From Chiloscyllium plagiosum (Eukaryota): a DNA stretch of 64,000 nt. Both the position numbers and the translations under genes were made by a program. Below the pieces are notes generated by a model. That model made no database searches and was not told the DNA's origin. It saw only the letters and a program-made list of their open reading frames with translations. Of this stretch, positions 38,715-51,325 are shown piece after piece (position 1 is the stretch's first letter; each line of letters begins with the position of its first letter). Where the stretch lies: the NCBI RefSeq assembly GCF_004010195.1, contig NC_057758.1, forward strand, positions 7,418,630 to 7,482,629, in the 5' to 3' direction.

Positions 38715-39440
38715 AAATGCAAGTCATTGTATTTTGGTACAACAGGCATGGGTAGCTCTTCTACAATTAATAGCGGGGCTTTAGGTAGTGTTGTAGAACA
38801 GAGGGACCGATAAGTTCACGTTCATTGTTCTTTAAAGGTTTGTGTCACAGATGGACAGGATGGTTAAACTGGTGTTTGGCACTCTTGATTTCATTGGCCA
38901 GTCCTTTGAGATTGTACAGGATATTGGTGAGGCCTCCTCTGGTCGCCCAGTTATAGGAATGATGTTATCAAGGTGAAGGGGGTTCAGAAGAGATTTACCC
39001 GGATTGTGCTGAGTCTGGTACGTTTGAGTCATCAGGATAGGCTGGGACTTTTGTCACAGGAGCATAGGAGGTTGAGAGTGGTGATCAGACTTAAGTTTGG
39101 AAAAGAATGGGAGGCATAGATCAAGTTGATGATGGTTCTCTTTTCCCGAAGGTGGGAATTTCAAGAGTAGGGGGCACATTTTTGAGGAGAGAAATTTAAA
39201 GCAGACTTCAGAGATAATTTTCTTACTTCGAGAGTGGTTCGTGTGTGGAATGAATTTTTTAATGAAGTAGTTGATGTGCGTACAATTGCAACATTTAAAT
39301 TACATTTGGATGGATATATGAACAAGAAAGGTTTGGAGGAATATGGGACAGCGGCAGGCAGGTGGGACTAGTTTAGTTTGGGATTATGTTTGGCATCGAC
39401 AGCTTGGACTGATCGGTCTGTTTCAGTCCTCTATGTCTAT
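38715..39440 (+). mobile_element. CR1-type LINE 3' fragment
   Basis: KCKSLYFG, WSPSYRNDVIKVKGVQKRFTR and a CR1-type 3' tail. Confidence 0.8.
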
Positions 39441-40204
39441 CTGTCCATTTCTCTCTCTCTCTCCCTCTGAGAACAACAGTGTTGTTCTGACATGGATCAG
39501 AACTGTCCAGAATCCCACGCTGCCATTTCCTGGCCCGATGTGACCTGGGCTGGAGTCCAAGTGCCCAGGCTGTGTCTTTCCATGCCCATTCCTCTTTGGC
39601 TAAGATGTTCCAGACTAATGCAGGGGGTACAGGGTGGAATGAGGTGTAAACTGACTGTCACATCACACAGCTAATCACACATAGCGCATCAGGAGTTGTG
39701 AACACACAGGTTTGCGATCTCTCTCAGTCTACCCTCGATCTGCTTCGCTCACTGAGTGTCTCCCTTTCTTGCTGTCATTATGTGTAACCCTCCATCTCTC
39801 TGTCTGTCTTGATCTATGCCACAGTCCGTCTTCCCTTGTCTCACTGACCTTCTCTCTTTCTCTAACAATAGCTATCTTTCTCTCTCACTGCCTCTCCCTT
39901 TCTGTCTTATAGTTTGACATTGTCATCTCACTGCCCTCTTAATAATGGCTCTCAATCCTTTCTTTCTCTCACATATTCTGTCCATCCTTCTCTCTATCTC
40001 TAATTCACGGTCTCTACCTCTCGAGCAACAACAACGTCATACTTTGCATACCATTAGCTCTCCTCAAACACAATTTTTTCATTCTTCATTTCCCAGACAC
40101 TCACTGAGTAAAGTGATCTGCCTACTGCAATGCCAGCTTCTCCATCTGTCTCTCTTTCTACTTCACCATTCATCCCTGCACTCTGAATCTCGGTCCTAGA
40201 TAGT

Positions 40205-40690
40205 GCAAAGGACAACGTACCTAACGCACCGTGACGCCCAGTCGCAGAGCGGGGAAAGGATAGTGTATCTAACACCATGATACCCAGCTGCAGAGCGGGA
40301 AAAGGATAGTGTGTCTAAAGTCGTGACATCAGTCCCAAAGCGGGGAACGAAAATGTAACTCATGCACTCTGACTCCCGTTCCCAAAGGGTGGAAAGGACA
40401 ATATATCTAACGCACTGTGACACCCAGTTGCAGAGCGGGGAAGGATAGTGTGTCTAATGCACCAGGATGCCAGTCTCAAAGGGGGAAAGGACAGTGCATC
40501 TGATGCATTGTAACCCCCGATTCCAGAGGAGAGGAAGGACTCTCTACCTAATGTGCTGTAACCTCCGGTCCCAGAGTGGGGAAAAGACAAGCATGCAATG
40601 CAATCTGACTCCCGATTAAGGAGGAGGGAAACAAAAGTGTATCGAATGCATATGACCTCTGGCTCCAGGGGAGTGAAAGGACGGTGTAAT
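40205..40690. repeat. Minisatellite, ~46-48-bp unit, about 10 diverged copies
   Basis: Recurring AAAGGATAGTGTATCTAACGCAC.GTGAC.CCCAGT.GCAGAGCGGGG. Confidence 0.85.
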
Positions 40691-40819
40691 TCACTGTGAA
40701 TATTGCTTCTTTTGTGGTAAATTTATAATATGGGACTCAGTGAATGAGACCCTGGAGCGAGTTTACAATCTGTCAAACTGGTTAGCTCATGGTCCACCTC
40801 ACTTCTGGACCAGATAGTT

Positions 40820-41360
40820 CGTATTTCTCAACCAACAGTACAATGCAAGAACAGTCCCTTTGGCCGTCCAAGCCTGCGCCACCATACAAAAACAGTCTTC
40901 CCTTGCAGGGTCCATATACCTCCCTTCTCTTCCTATCCATGTGCTTCTTGAATGATTCCATTGCGTCAGCTTCCACCACCTCATCTGGCAACAGCCTCCA
41001 GGCACTCAACATCGTTTATGGAAAATTTGCCTCACGCAATTCTTTTAAACGTCCCCCACCTCATACCTTGAACCTGCGTGGCCTAATAATTGATCCCCTC
41101 CACCCCGGGAAAAAAGCTTATTTTCCACTCTATCCATGCCATTCCCAATCTTGTAAACTTCTATTAGATTGCCCTCATTCTCCTGCGATCCAGTGTAAAC
41201 AAACCTCGTCTCGCCAAACTTGCTCTATCGCTAAAATCTGCCACAGCACACAACATCCTGGTAAACCTTTTCCATATCCTATCCAAACGATCCACATCCT
41301 TCGGATAGTGTGGAATCAGAGCTGTCTGCAATATTTCAAGTGCGGCCTAATTTAAGCTGC
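40820..41360 (-). mobile_element. CR1-type LINE 3' fragment
   Basis: AWRLLPDEVVEADAMESFKKHMDR. Confidence 0.8.
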
Positions 41361-41364
41361 AGTT

Positions 41365-42390
41365 TAACTTTGTCGAAGAGTGTGGTGCTGCCAAAACCCC
41401 AGCCAGTCAGGCTGCGTCCGAGGAGCAGGAGAATCGATGTTTCGGGCATGAGTCCTTCATCAGGAATGAGGCTAGTGGACCAAAGGGGCAGAGAGATAAA
41501 TGGGAGTTCTATGTGTCTGGGTGGGTGGGGGGAGGTAGCTCAGAGTGCGATAGGCGAAGTGGGAGTGAAAACGAAAGGTCAGGGGGGATTGGGGCCGATT
41601 GGTGGGAAAGAAGATGGACAGGTGGGACAGGTCAAGAAAGCGGTGAAGAGTTGGAGGGATGGATCGGGGATAAGGTGGGGGAGGGAAAATAAGGGAACTG
41701 GTGAAATCCACATTGATCCCCTGTGGTTGTGGTGTCTCAATGTGGAAAATGAGGCATTCTTCCTCCAGGTGTCTGGCGGTTAGAGTTTGGCGATGGAGGA
41801 GGCCTAGGACTTACATGTCTTTGGCGGAGTGAGTGTAGAAGTTAAAGTGTTAGACTACGAAGTGGTGTGGTTGGTTGATGCGGGTGTCCCAGAGATGTTC
41901 TCTGAAACCTTTCGCAAGTTGGTGTCCTGTCTCCCCAAAGTAGAGGAGACCACATCAGGAGCAATGGACATGAACATGTGTCGAAGTACAGGTAAATCTC
42001 TGTCAGATGTGAAAGGATCCTTCTGGACCTTCGACGGAGGTAAGCAAGGAGGTGTGTGTGCAGTATGTGCAATTCTTGCCTTGGCTGGGGAATGTGCCTC
42101 GGCTGCAGGGTGGGATGGTGGGGTGGGGAGTGCTTGGACCTAACAAGTGGGTCGCGGAGGGAATGGTCTTTACAGAAAATAAAAGGAGTGGGCAAAATAT
42201 CCCAGGCGGTAGGGTCTGTGTGAAGGTGGTGGAAATGGTGGAGATGTATCTGGAGGTTGGTGAGCTGGAAGGTGAGGGCAGGCGTGGTTCTGTTGTTGCA
42301 GGTGGAAGGGTAGTGTTCAAGGGCAGAGATGTGGGAAGTGGATGAAATGCACTAGAGGGCATTGTCGGCCACGTAGGAGGGGAAATTGTG
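41365..42390 (-). mobile_element. PLE 3' fragment with degenerate hammerhead tail
   Basis: KDHSLRDPLVRS..., ERFQRT; minus-strand CTGATGA-AGGAC-TCAT-GCCC-GAAAC-ATC near 41436-41463. Confidence 0.82.
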
Positions 42391-42394
42391 GTCT

Positions 42395-43062
42395 TCCTCC
42401 TCGCAGCATAACTTGGCTATCCTTATCCTCAATGTGCCGACAATTATGGCAAGCATACCCTCAGCATTTTTCCCAACTACCTTATTTACCTGCGCTGACA
42501 CATTCAGTGATCGATGGACTCACATACCCAGACCCCTCCGCAAATCCATACTCCGAAGGATTCAGATATCCACTCTATAATTTCCACCTGCAGTTGACAT
42601 TTCAAAATGCATCACAACACATTTCACAGGATTAAACACCATCTTCCATTTTTTCTGACGGTGCCTCCAACTGTTCGGTATCCTCCAGTATCCTCTGACA
42701 ATCCTCCTCACGATCTGCAGCTTCACCAATCTTTGTATCGTTTGCATACTTACTAATTAGACAAGCTACATTTCCCTCCAAATCATTCACATCGATCAAG
42801 AATAGCAGAGGTCTCATCGCCAAACCCTGTGGAATACCACCAGTTAAAACTATCCATTGTAAAAAAAGCATTCTTCCATCGCTACCCTGCCTCCTCCAAC
42901 CAAGGCAGAGCTGTATCTTTATGCCAGCACTCTCCAATTCCATGTGATGCCAACTTTTGTACCAGTCTGCCATAAGGGACCTTATCAAAGGCTTTACCGA
43001 ACACCATTTGAACAACGTCAATTACCTTTCCCTCATCAATCATCTTCATCACCGACTCAAAA
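42395..43062 (-). mobile_element. CR1-type LINE RT fragment (continues at 43420-43443 and 46991-47920)
   Basis: KVIDVVQMVFGKAFDKVPYGRLVQK and GIPQGLAMRPLLFLIDVNDLE..ISKYANDTKIG. Confidence 0.88.
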
Positions 43063-43064
43063 GG

Positions 43065-43420
43065 AGGTGGCGGTGGGAGGCCATTGTCAAGTGGTATAAT
43101 TGATGAACTGTTCATCCACAAACACAGGCAATATTCTGGGGAGCCAGTTCCAGTCCTGCCGTGACGGATGGTAGAATTTGCATTTGATAAATATCTGGAA
43201 TTAAGGACTGAATAATGATCATGAATCCAGTGCTGTAAAACCCATCTGGTTCACAAATATCTTTCAGAGAATTAAATTGCCATCCATGCCCAGTCTGGCC
43301 TGTATGTGACTCCAGAACCACAGCAATGTGGTGGACACTCAACTGCCCTCTGGGCAATTAGGGATGGAAATAGTTGCTGGTCTCGCCAGTGTCACCCTCA
43401 TCCAAGGAATGAATACATAA
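43065..43420 (+). mobile_element. SINE of a second family (tRNA-like head, LINE-type GAATGAAT tail) inserted in CR1
   Basis: ~355-bp non-CR1 block that interrupts the CR1 reading and ends GGGCAATTAGGGATGG...GAATGAATACATAAAA. Confidence 0.6.
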
Positions 43421-43443
43421 AAACTTGATTCATGTTAGCGAGG

Positions 43444-45617
43444 AGAAAGTGAGGACTGCACATGCTGGAGATCAGAGCTGAATAATGTGTTGCTGAAAAA
43501 GCGCAACAGGTCAGGCAGCATCAAAGGAGCAGGAGAATCGACGTTTCGGGCATAAGCCCTTCTTCAGGAATGAGGAGGGTGTGCCAAGCAGGCTAAGGTA
43601 AAAGGTAGGGAGGAGGGACTTGGGGGAGGGGCGTTGGGAATGCGATATGTGGAAGGACGTTAAGGTGAGGATGATAGGACAGAGAGGGGGTGGGGGCGGA
43701 GAGGTCGGGAAGGACATTGCAGGACAAGACGGCGGTGCTGAGTCCGATGGTTTGGACTAAGAAAAGGTGGTGGGAGAGCAAATGAGGAAGCTGGAGAAAT
43801 CTGCATTCATCTCTTGTGGTTGGAGGTTTCCTAGGTGGAAGATGAGGTACTCTTCCTCCAGGCGTCGTGTTGCCATGATCTGGCGATGGAGGAGGCCAAG
43901 GACCTGCATGTTCTTGCCGGAGTCGGAGGGGAAGTCAAAGAGTTCAGTCAGGGGCCGGTTGGGTTGGTTGGTGCGGGTGTCCCAGAGGTGTTCTCTGAAA
44001 CGTTCCGCAAGTAGGTGGTCTGTCTCGTCAATGTAGAGGAGCCAATTCGGGTGCAGTGGATGCAGTAAATGATGTGTGTGGAGGTGCATGTGAATTTGTG
44101 ACAGATATGTAATGATTCCTTGGGGCCTTGGAGGGAAGTGAGGGGGGAGGTGTGGGCACAAGGTTTGCATTTCTTGCATTTGCAGGGGAAGGTGCCAGGA
44201 GTGGAGGTTGGGATGGCGGGGGTGTGCACCTGACGAGGGAGTCGCGGAGGGAGAGGTCCTTCGGGAACGCTGATAAGGGAGGGGATGGAAATATATCCCT
44301 GGTGGTGGGGTCTGTTTGGAGGTGGCGGAAATGACGAAGAAAGATACGATGTATCTGGAGATTGGTGATGTGGTCGGTGAGGACCAGTGGGGTTCTGTCC
44401 TGGTGGCGTTTGGAGGGGCGTGGATCAAGGGCGGAAGTGCGAAATGTGCAGGAGATGCGGTGGAGGCATCATCAACCACCTCTGAGGGGAAATTGCGGTC
44501 TTTGAAGAAGGAGTTGTTCGGTATTTTAATTGGTCCTCCTGGGAGCAGGTGCGGCAGAGGCGAAGGAATTCTGAATATGGGATTGCGTTTTTAAAGGGGG
44601 CAGGGAGGGAGGAGGTGTAATCTACGTAGCTGTGTGAGTCGATCAGTTTATAGTAAACGTCCGTGTTGAGTCGGTCGTCCAAGATAGAAATGGAGAGGTC
44701 TAGAAAGGAGAGGGCGGAGTCTGAGACTGTCCAGGTAAATTTGAGGTCGGTGTGGAAGGTGTTAGTAAAGTGGATGACCTGTTCAACCTCCTCGTGGGAG
44801 CACGAGGTCGCGCCAATACAGTCATCGAGGTAGCGGAGGAAAAGGCGGGGGATGGTGTCAGTGCAGCTGCAGAAGATGGACTGTTCCACATATACGACGA
44901 AGAGGCAGGTATAGCTGTGGCCCATGCGTGTTCGCATGTCTACTCCTTTGGTTTGGAGGAAGTGGGAGGATTGGAAAGAGAAGTTGTTCAGAGTGAGGAC
45001 CAGTTTAGTCAGTCGACGGAGGGTGTCAGTGGAAGGCTACTGATTAGTTCAACGGACTTTGTGTCCTTCGTGATGGGGGATGGAGGTGAAGATAAGTCGT
45101 TGGGGGCCGGGGGAGCGAAAATCATGGAGGAGGTGGAGGGCATGTGTGGTGTCCCGAAAGTTGGTGGGGAGTTAATGGACTAAGAGGGAACAAGACCGTG
45201 TTGAGGTATGCGGAGATGAGTTCGGTGGGTCAGGAGCAGGCTGTGACAATGGGTCGGCCGGGGTATTCAGGTTTGTAGATTTTGGGCGGGAGATAGAAAC
45301 GGGCTGTGCGTTGTGGGACTATGAGGTTGGACGCGGTGAATGGGAGATTCCCTGAGGTGATGAGGTTATGAATGGTCTGGGAGATGATGGTTTGGTGGTG
45401 CGAGGTGGGGTCATGGTCAAGTGGACAGTAGAAGGAGGTGTCCACGAGCTGGCATTTAGCCTCAGCAATGTAAAGTTCGGTGCGTCAAACTACCGCCGTG
45501 CCTCCCTTGTCTGTCGGTTTGATAGTGAGGTTGGGGTTGGAGCGGAGGGAGTGGAGGGCTGCACGTTGTGAGGGTGAGAGGTTGGAGTGGGTGAGAGGGG
45601 TGGACAGGTTGAGGCGG
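43444..45617 (-). mobile_element. PLE, RT plus GIY-YIG plus tail (long arm of an inverted double element)
   Basis: LTIKPTDKGGTAVV, RFYLPPKIYKPEYPGRPIV, FLRYLDDCIG and CKCKKCKPC..FTCTSTHIIYCIHC. Confidence 0.93.
43536..43571 (-). ncRNA. Minimal hammerhead ribozyme-like motif in the PLE tail
   Basis: Minus strand ATTC-CTGAAGA-A-GGGC-TTAT-GCCC-GAAAC-GTC-GATT: perfect core and 4-bp stem II; stem I is short with one mismatch. Confidence 0.65.
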
Positions 45618-46990
45618 ACAACGTCATGCTCCAACGAGGAGGTTGAACAGTTCATCCACATTATTTGCACCTTCCATCCCGACCACAAATTTTCCTGGAC
45701 CGTCTCAGACTCCTCCCTCCCCTTCCTAGACCTCTCCATTTCTATCTTGGACGACCGACTCACACGGTCATTTACTGTAAACCGACCGACTCCCACAGCT
45801 ACCTAGATTACACCTCCTCCACCCTGCCCCCTGTAAAAACGCCATCCCATATTCAGAATTCCTTCGCCTCCGCCGCATCTGCTCCCAGGACAACCAATTC
45901 AAATACCGTACAACCCAGATGGCCTCCTTTCTCAAATACCGCAATTTCCCCTCAGGGGTGGTTGACGATGCTCTCCACCGCATCTCCGCCACTTCCCGCT
46001 CCTCCGCCCTTGAACCCCGCCCCTCCAATCGCCACCAGGACAGAATCCCACTGGTCCTCACCTCCCCACCCCACTAAATTCCAGATACATCGCATCATCC
46101 TTCGTCATTTCCGCCACCTCCAAACAGACCCCACCACCAAGGATATATTTCCCTCACCTCCCCTATCAGTATTCCGGAAAGACCACTCCCTCCGTGACTC
46201 CCTCATTCGGTGCACACCCCCCAACTCAACGTCCACTCCCAGCACCTTCCCCTGCAAACGCAAGAAATGCAAAACGTGCGCGCACACCTCCCCCTCACTT
46301 CTCCCCAAGGCCCCAAGTTATCCTAACATATCTGTCACAAATTCACATGCACCTCCACACACATCATTTACTGCATCCGCTGCACACGATGTGGCCTCCT
46401 CTACATTGGGCAGACAGGCCACCTACTTGCGGAACGTTTCAGAGAACACCTCAGGGACACCCGCACCAACCAATCCAACAGACCGGTGGCTAACCACTTT
46501 AATCCCCCGTCCCACTCCGCCAAGGACATGCACGTCCTTGACCTCCTTCATCTCCAGACCATAGCAACCCGACGCCTGGAGTAAGAGCGCCTCACCTTCT
46601 GCCTAGGATCCCTCCAACTTCAAGGGATGAATGCAGATTTCTCCAGCTTACTCATTGTCCCCCCCCCCCCCACCCCTTCTCCCCCCCCCCCCCCCCACCT
46701 TTTCTCAGTCCCAACCCTCGGACTCAGCACCGACTTCTTTACCTGCAATCTTCTTTCCGAGCTCTCCGCCCCCACCCCCTCTCCGGCCTATCACCCTCAC
46801 CTTAACCTCCTTCCACCTATCGCATTCCCAACACCCCTCCGCCAAGTCCCTCCTCCCACCTTTTATCTTAGCCTGCTTGGCACACCCTCCTCATGCATGA
46901 AGAATAGCTTATGCCCGAAACGTCGATTCTCATGCTCCTTTGATGCTACCTGACCTGCTGCGCTTTTCCAGCAACACATTTTTCAGCTCT
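45618..46990 (+). mobile_element. PLE 3' half (short arm of the inverted double element)
   Basis: TSCSNEEVEQF, YCKPTDSHSYLDYTSS, CKRKKCKTC and IIYCIRCTRCGLLYIGQTG, then the same tail. Confidence 0.93.
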
Positions 46991-47920
46991 TGTTAGCGAG
47001 GCACAACCTCACTAGTACAAATCCATGCAATCATGAACATGTCAATTTACTCCTAACGTTGGTCCCTGAGAATCTTTTCCAATAATTTCACTAACACTGA
47101 TGTGCGATTTACAGGTCTGTCATTTCCAGGATTACCCCTACTGCCCTTCTTCAATGATGGGACTAGATTGGCTATTCTCCAAATCTCTGGGACATCACCT
47201 GTGACAAAAGAGTACACAAACATATCTGTCAATGCTCTGACTTGTTCTCTTGCCTTCATCAATATTTTGGTATAGAATCCTTTTTAATATGCATGACACC
47301 TCATTCTTTTTATTAGTAACTTGTCTTTGAAACCTGACGTTCCCTTCCCTGAGATCATCCTCCACCAATTCCATCTCATTGCTGAATATTGAGACAAAGT
47401 ATTCGTGTCAGATCTCACCAAACTCTTTTGGTTACACCCATGTATTCCCTCCATAGTCTTTGAGTTAGCCAACTCTTTCCCTGGTTACATTCTTGCTTTT
47501 TTTTATATGGATACAAAGCCTTTGAATTCTCCTTCATCTATTTGCTAACGACGTTTTATGACCCCTTTTAGTCTTTCTAATTAATTGTTTACGTTCTTTC
47601 CCACTTTACTTACACACTTCATTGTCTTCATAAGTTCCCATTCTCCTCGACCTTCCAAAAACTTCCTTTCTCTTCCTGACTAAGGTCTCAACATCCCTGG
47701 TCATCCGAGGTTCATATAAATTGCCATACACCTCCCTCATTCTCCCAGGTATGTGCCACTCATGAAATCTTGTCAACTGCTGTTTGATATAATCCCAAAT
47801 GTCCTATGTCGATTTATCCTCAAATACCTGCTTGCAAAATTTTCCAGTTCCTTCCTAATATTTTTGCAGTTTGCCTTCTCCCAAATTAAGAGGACAGCTG
47901 TTATCACTATCCGTGAATAT
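46991..47920 (-). mobile_element. CR1-type LINE fragment (upstream continuation of 42395-43062)
   Basis: VTGDVPEIWRIANLVPSLKKGSRGNPGNDRPVNRTSVLVKLLEKILRD. Confidence 0.85.
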
Positions 47921-47924
47921 CTTT

Positions 47925-49238
47925 GAGTCATAGAGTAATGGAGATGTACAGCAAGGAAACAGAAACTTCGGTGCAACCCGTACATGCTGACCAGATACCC
48001 AAACCCAATTTAGTCCCACCTGCCGGCACCCGTCCCATATCCCTCCAAACCCTTCTTATTCATATACCAATCCAAATGCCTCTTAAATGTTGCAATTGTA
48101 CCAGTCTCCACCACTTCCTCTGGCAGGTCATTCCATACAGGTGCCAACCTCTGCGTGAAACGTTTGCCCCTGAGGTATTTTTTATATCTTTCCTCTCTCA
48201 CCCTAAATCTGTGCCCTCTAATTCTGGACTCGATGAACCCAGGAAAAAGACTTTGCCTAATTAATCTATCCATGCCACTCATAATTTAGTAAACCTCTAT
48301 GAGGTCACCCCTCAGTCTCCGATGCTCCAGGGAAAGCAGCTCCAGACTATCCAGCCTCTCCCTATAGCTCAAATCCTCATATCCTGGCAACATCGTTGTG
48401 AATCTTTTCTGAACCCTTTCAAGTTTCACAACATATTTCTGATAAGAAGGAGACCTGAATTGCGCGCAATATTCCAACAGTGGCCTAACCAATGTTATTT
48501 CCAGCCGCAACATGACCTTCCAACCGCTGTACTCAATATACTGACCAATAAAGGAAAGCATACAAAACGCCTTATTTCACTATCCTATCTACCTGCGACT
48601 CCACTTTCAAGGACCAGCGCTCCAAGGTCTCTTTGTTCAGCAACACTCCCTTCGGACCTTACCATTAACTGTAAAATTATTTTAAGATTTCCTTTCCCAA
48701 AATGCAGCACCTCGCATTTATCTGAATTAAACTCCATCTGCCACTTCTCAGCTCATTGGCCCATCTGGTCCAGATCCTGTTGTAATCTGAGGTAACCCTC
48801 TTCGCTGTCCACTAAATTTCCAATTTTGGTGTCACCTGCAAACATGCTAACTGTACCACTTATGCTCGCATCCAAATCATTTATGTAAATGACAAAAATA
48901 GAGGACCCAGCACCGATCCTTGTGGCACTCCACTGGTCATCGCCCTCCAATCTGAAAAACAATCCGCTGCCACCACCCTCTATCTTCGACGTTTGAGCTA
49001 GTTCTGTAACCAAATGGTTAGTTCTCCCTGTATTCCGTGAGATCTAACCTTGCTAATCAGTCTTCCATGGGGAACCGTGACGAACGCCTTACTGAAGTCC
49101 ATACAGATCACATCTACTGCACTGCCCTCATCAATCGTCTTTGTTATTTCTTCAAAAAGACTCAATCAAGTTTGCGAAACATGCTTACCCATACACAACG
49201 CTATATTGATTTTCCCTCATCAGTCCTTGCCTATCCAG
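47925..49238 (-). mobile_element. Younger CR1-type LINE 3' half
   Basis: FVIYINDLD..MFAGDTKIG, LVRPLLEYCAQFRSPSY..LERVQKRFT and WNDLPEEVVETGTIATFKRHLD. Confidence 0.93.
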
Positions 49239-49242
49239 GCAC

Positions 49243-49340
49243 TAAGTTGAAAATGTGTTGCTGGAAAAGCGCAGCAGGTCAGGCAGCATCCAGGGAACAG
49301 GAGAATCCACGTTTCAGGCACAAGCCCTTCTTCAGGAAGC
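49243..49340 (-). mobile_element. Solo PLE-tail fragment with hammerhead-like core
   Basis: Minus strand CTGAAGA-AGGGC-TTGT-GCCT-GAAAC-GTG plus the tail. Confidence 0.75.
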
Positions 49341-49364
49341 CCTCCTATCCAGACACTAAGACAA

Positions 49365-49446
49365 CGGTGAGGTTGGGATTCGAAACCACGTTTGCAGAGC
49401 ACAAGGGATGAGCAGTTCATCGCCTTAACCACTCGACCACCTCGGC
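49365..49446 (-). pseudogene. tRNA-Ser(GCT)-like pseudogene
   Basis: Minus strand GCCGAGGTGGTCGAGTGGTTAAGGCGATGAACTGCTCATCCCTTGTGCTCTGCAAACGTGGTTTCGAATCCCAACCTCACCG: 82 nt with A/B boxes, a long variable arm and GCT anticodon; stems carry mismatches. Confidence 0.85.
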
Positions 49447-49449
49447 CTA

Positions 49450-49780
49450 CATGAAAGTCCTCGGTATTATCGCCACTTCTCCCAAAATTCTCCCACAGTG
49501 AAATTTCACTTACCTGGCCTGATTCAATTCCGAAACTCAGGTCCCTTCCTTGGTTGGACAGTTTATCTATTGTGTCAAGAATCCCTCCTGAACGAATCTT
49601 ACAAATTCTACCCATCCAAGTTCCTCGCACGTCGGGGAAGTTAAAATCACCCACCACAACAACACTGCTTTTACATTTTTCCAGGATCTGTCTACATGTT
49701 CTCTCCTCTCTCGTCTGCTGGTCATTGGGAGGCCTGTAGTATACACCCAGCATTGTGATTTCACATTTTCTATTCCCGAG
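49450..49780 (-). mobile_element. CR1 endonuclease fragment
   Basis: LGVYYRPPND..CRQILEKCKSSVVVVGDFNFP. Confidence 0.85.
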
Positions 49781-50840
49781 TTTTAAGAAATTAATCTTGC
49801 ACTGACCTTGCTTCTTTGAATCTGCTCTTGAGATGTTTATAATACACCAGGAATTATTTCTTCACCGGGAACTAGATCCTTCTCCTCCACCCATTTTATA
49901 ATGCCCTGCAGAGACATGCCATTTCTCCATCTAAAGCCGAGTACTGATTTTACCAATTTCACCGGGTGTGGAATGGTTCGAGTCCCATGCAGGGACGTGG
50001 AGGCTTCAGGCTCCATTTCCAGCCAAGCACTGAATTAAACAATTTCACCCAATGTGGGACTTTTGAAGACGCAGATAGGGAGATTTAGATGCAATCCCGA
50101 TCTCAACCTCATATTTGTTGATGCTTCATGGAGTCTGGAATTGAGAACCCCCACATGCATGAACGTCCACAGCAGGAAAGTACCAGGTTCCATCTTGGCC
50201 TAGTACTGCCGAGAATACCAATCTCATTCCTAACCTGAGAGATCAAAAACCCAGTAATCGTTGGAAATTGACATACTGGTCTCCTGTTTTGAAGCAAGCC
50301 AGGTGACTCAGACCAGTATGCCTCATCTGCCAGTTTTCCTGACTTTTCCTTCCGGTACAGACAAAGACCAACAATGTAGGGAAACATATACCAAGGCATC
50401 ATTTTGGGGAGTTGAGCTTACAATGATGTGAAACTCACAGCTACATACATGTACACACAGAGCAGCAGTGTCCCAGGCTCGCTTCTCGGGCCCTTTCGGA
50501 AACTGAGTTCACACATGATGATGTGGGATGAATTGAGACCCACAGCAATGGGACGTTTAGGTCTGAGATTCAGATCCTGGGCCGAGTATTTACAGTTGAC
50601 CTAGGGTTAGCTGAACCACACAAATCAGCGATAGAGAGCGCCGACTGAATCTTGGGCCTAACCATGACTTGGCCAACTTCACCCCTGGTGTCGGTTGGAT
50701 GGAATAACCTTCCGCACTGCCCACACCATCACACAAAGAGCAGGCACATAAAGGCTCAAGTTGTGGCCTGGGCCGAGTCAGCCAATGTCATTCGTGCTGG
50801 TGCATAAACTGAGCCACATCCCATTCAAGATCAAGTTTCT

Positions 50841-51325
50841 GGTGTGCTGGTTTGGGCACTGTGTTTGGGGATGGAGTTTGTGGTGTGCTGGTTGGGGCAC
50901 AGTGTTTGGGGTGGAGGTTGGGGTGTGCTGGGCGGGGCACAGTTTTGGGGCGGGATTTGCTATGTGCTGGACGGGTCATCGTGTTTTGGGGTGGAGTTCG
51001 GTGTATGCAGGGCAGGGCACTGTGTTTGGGGTGGAGTTTGCGGTGTGCTGGGCTGGACACAGTGTTTGGGGTGGGGTTTGGTGTTGGAGATTGGGGCATG
51101 CTGGGCGGCGCACAATGTTTGGGGGTGGAGTTGTAGGATGTGTTGAGAAACAGAGTTTGGGAGTGGAGTAATGGGGTGTGCTGGAGAATAGTGTTTGGCG
51201 GTGGAGTTATGGGGAGTGCTGGGGAACAGTGTTTGGGGGTGGGGTTTGTGGTGTGCTGGGCGGGTCACAGTGTTTGGGGTGGAGATGGAGTATGCTGGGC
51301 GGTACACAGTAGTGAGGGCGGAGTT
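50841..51325. repeat. G-rich minisatellite, ~40-bp unit, about 12 copies
   Basis: Recurring GGTGTGCTGGGCGGGGCACAGTGTTTGGGGTGGAGTTTG. Confidence 0.9.

Noticed and set aside
45665..46564. 299-aa ORF as an intact gene
   Set aside because: It drifts between frames of a frameshifted PLE and is not a functional RT or endonuclease.
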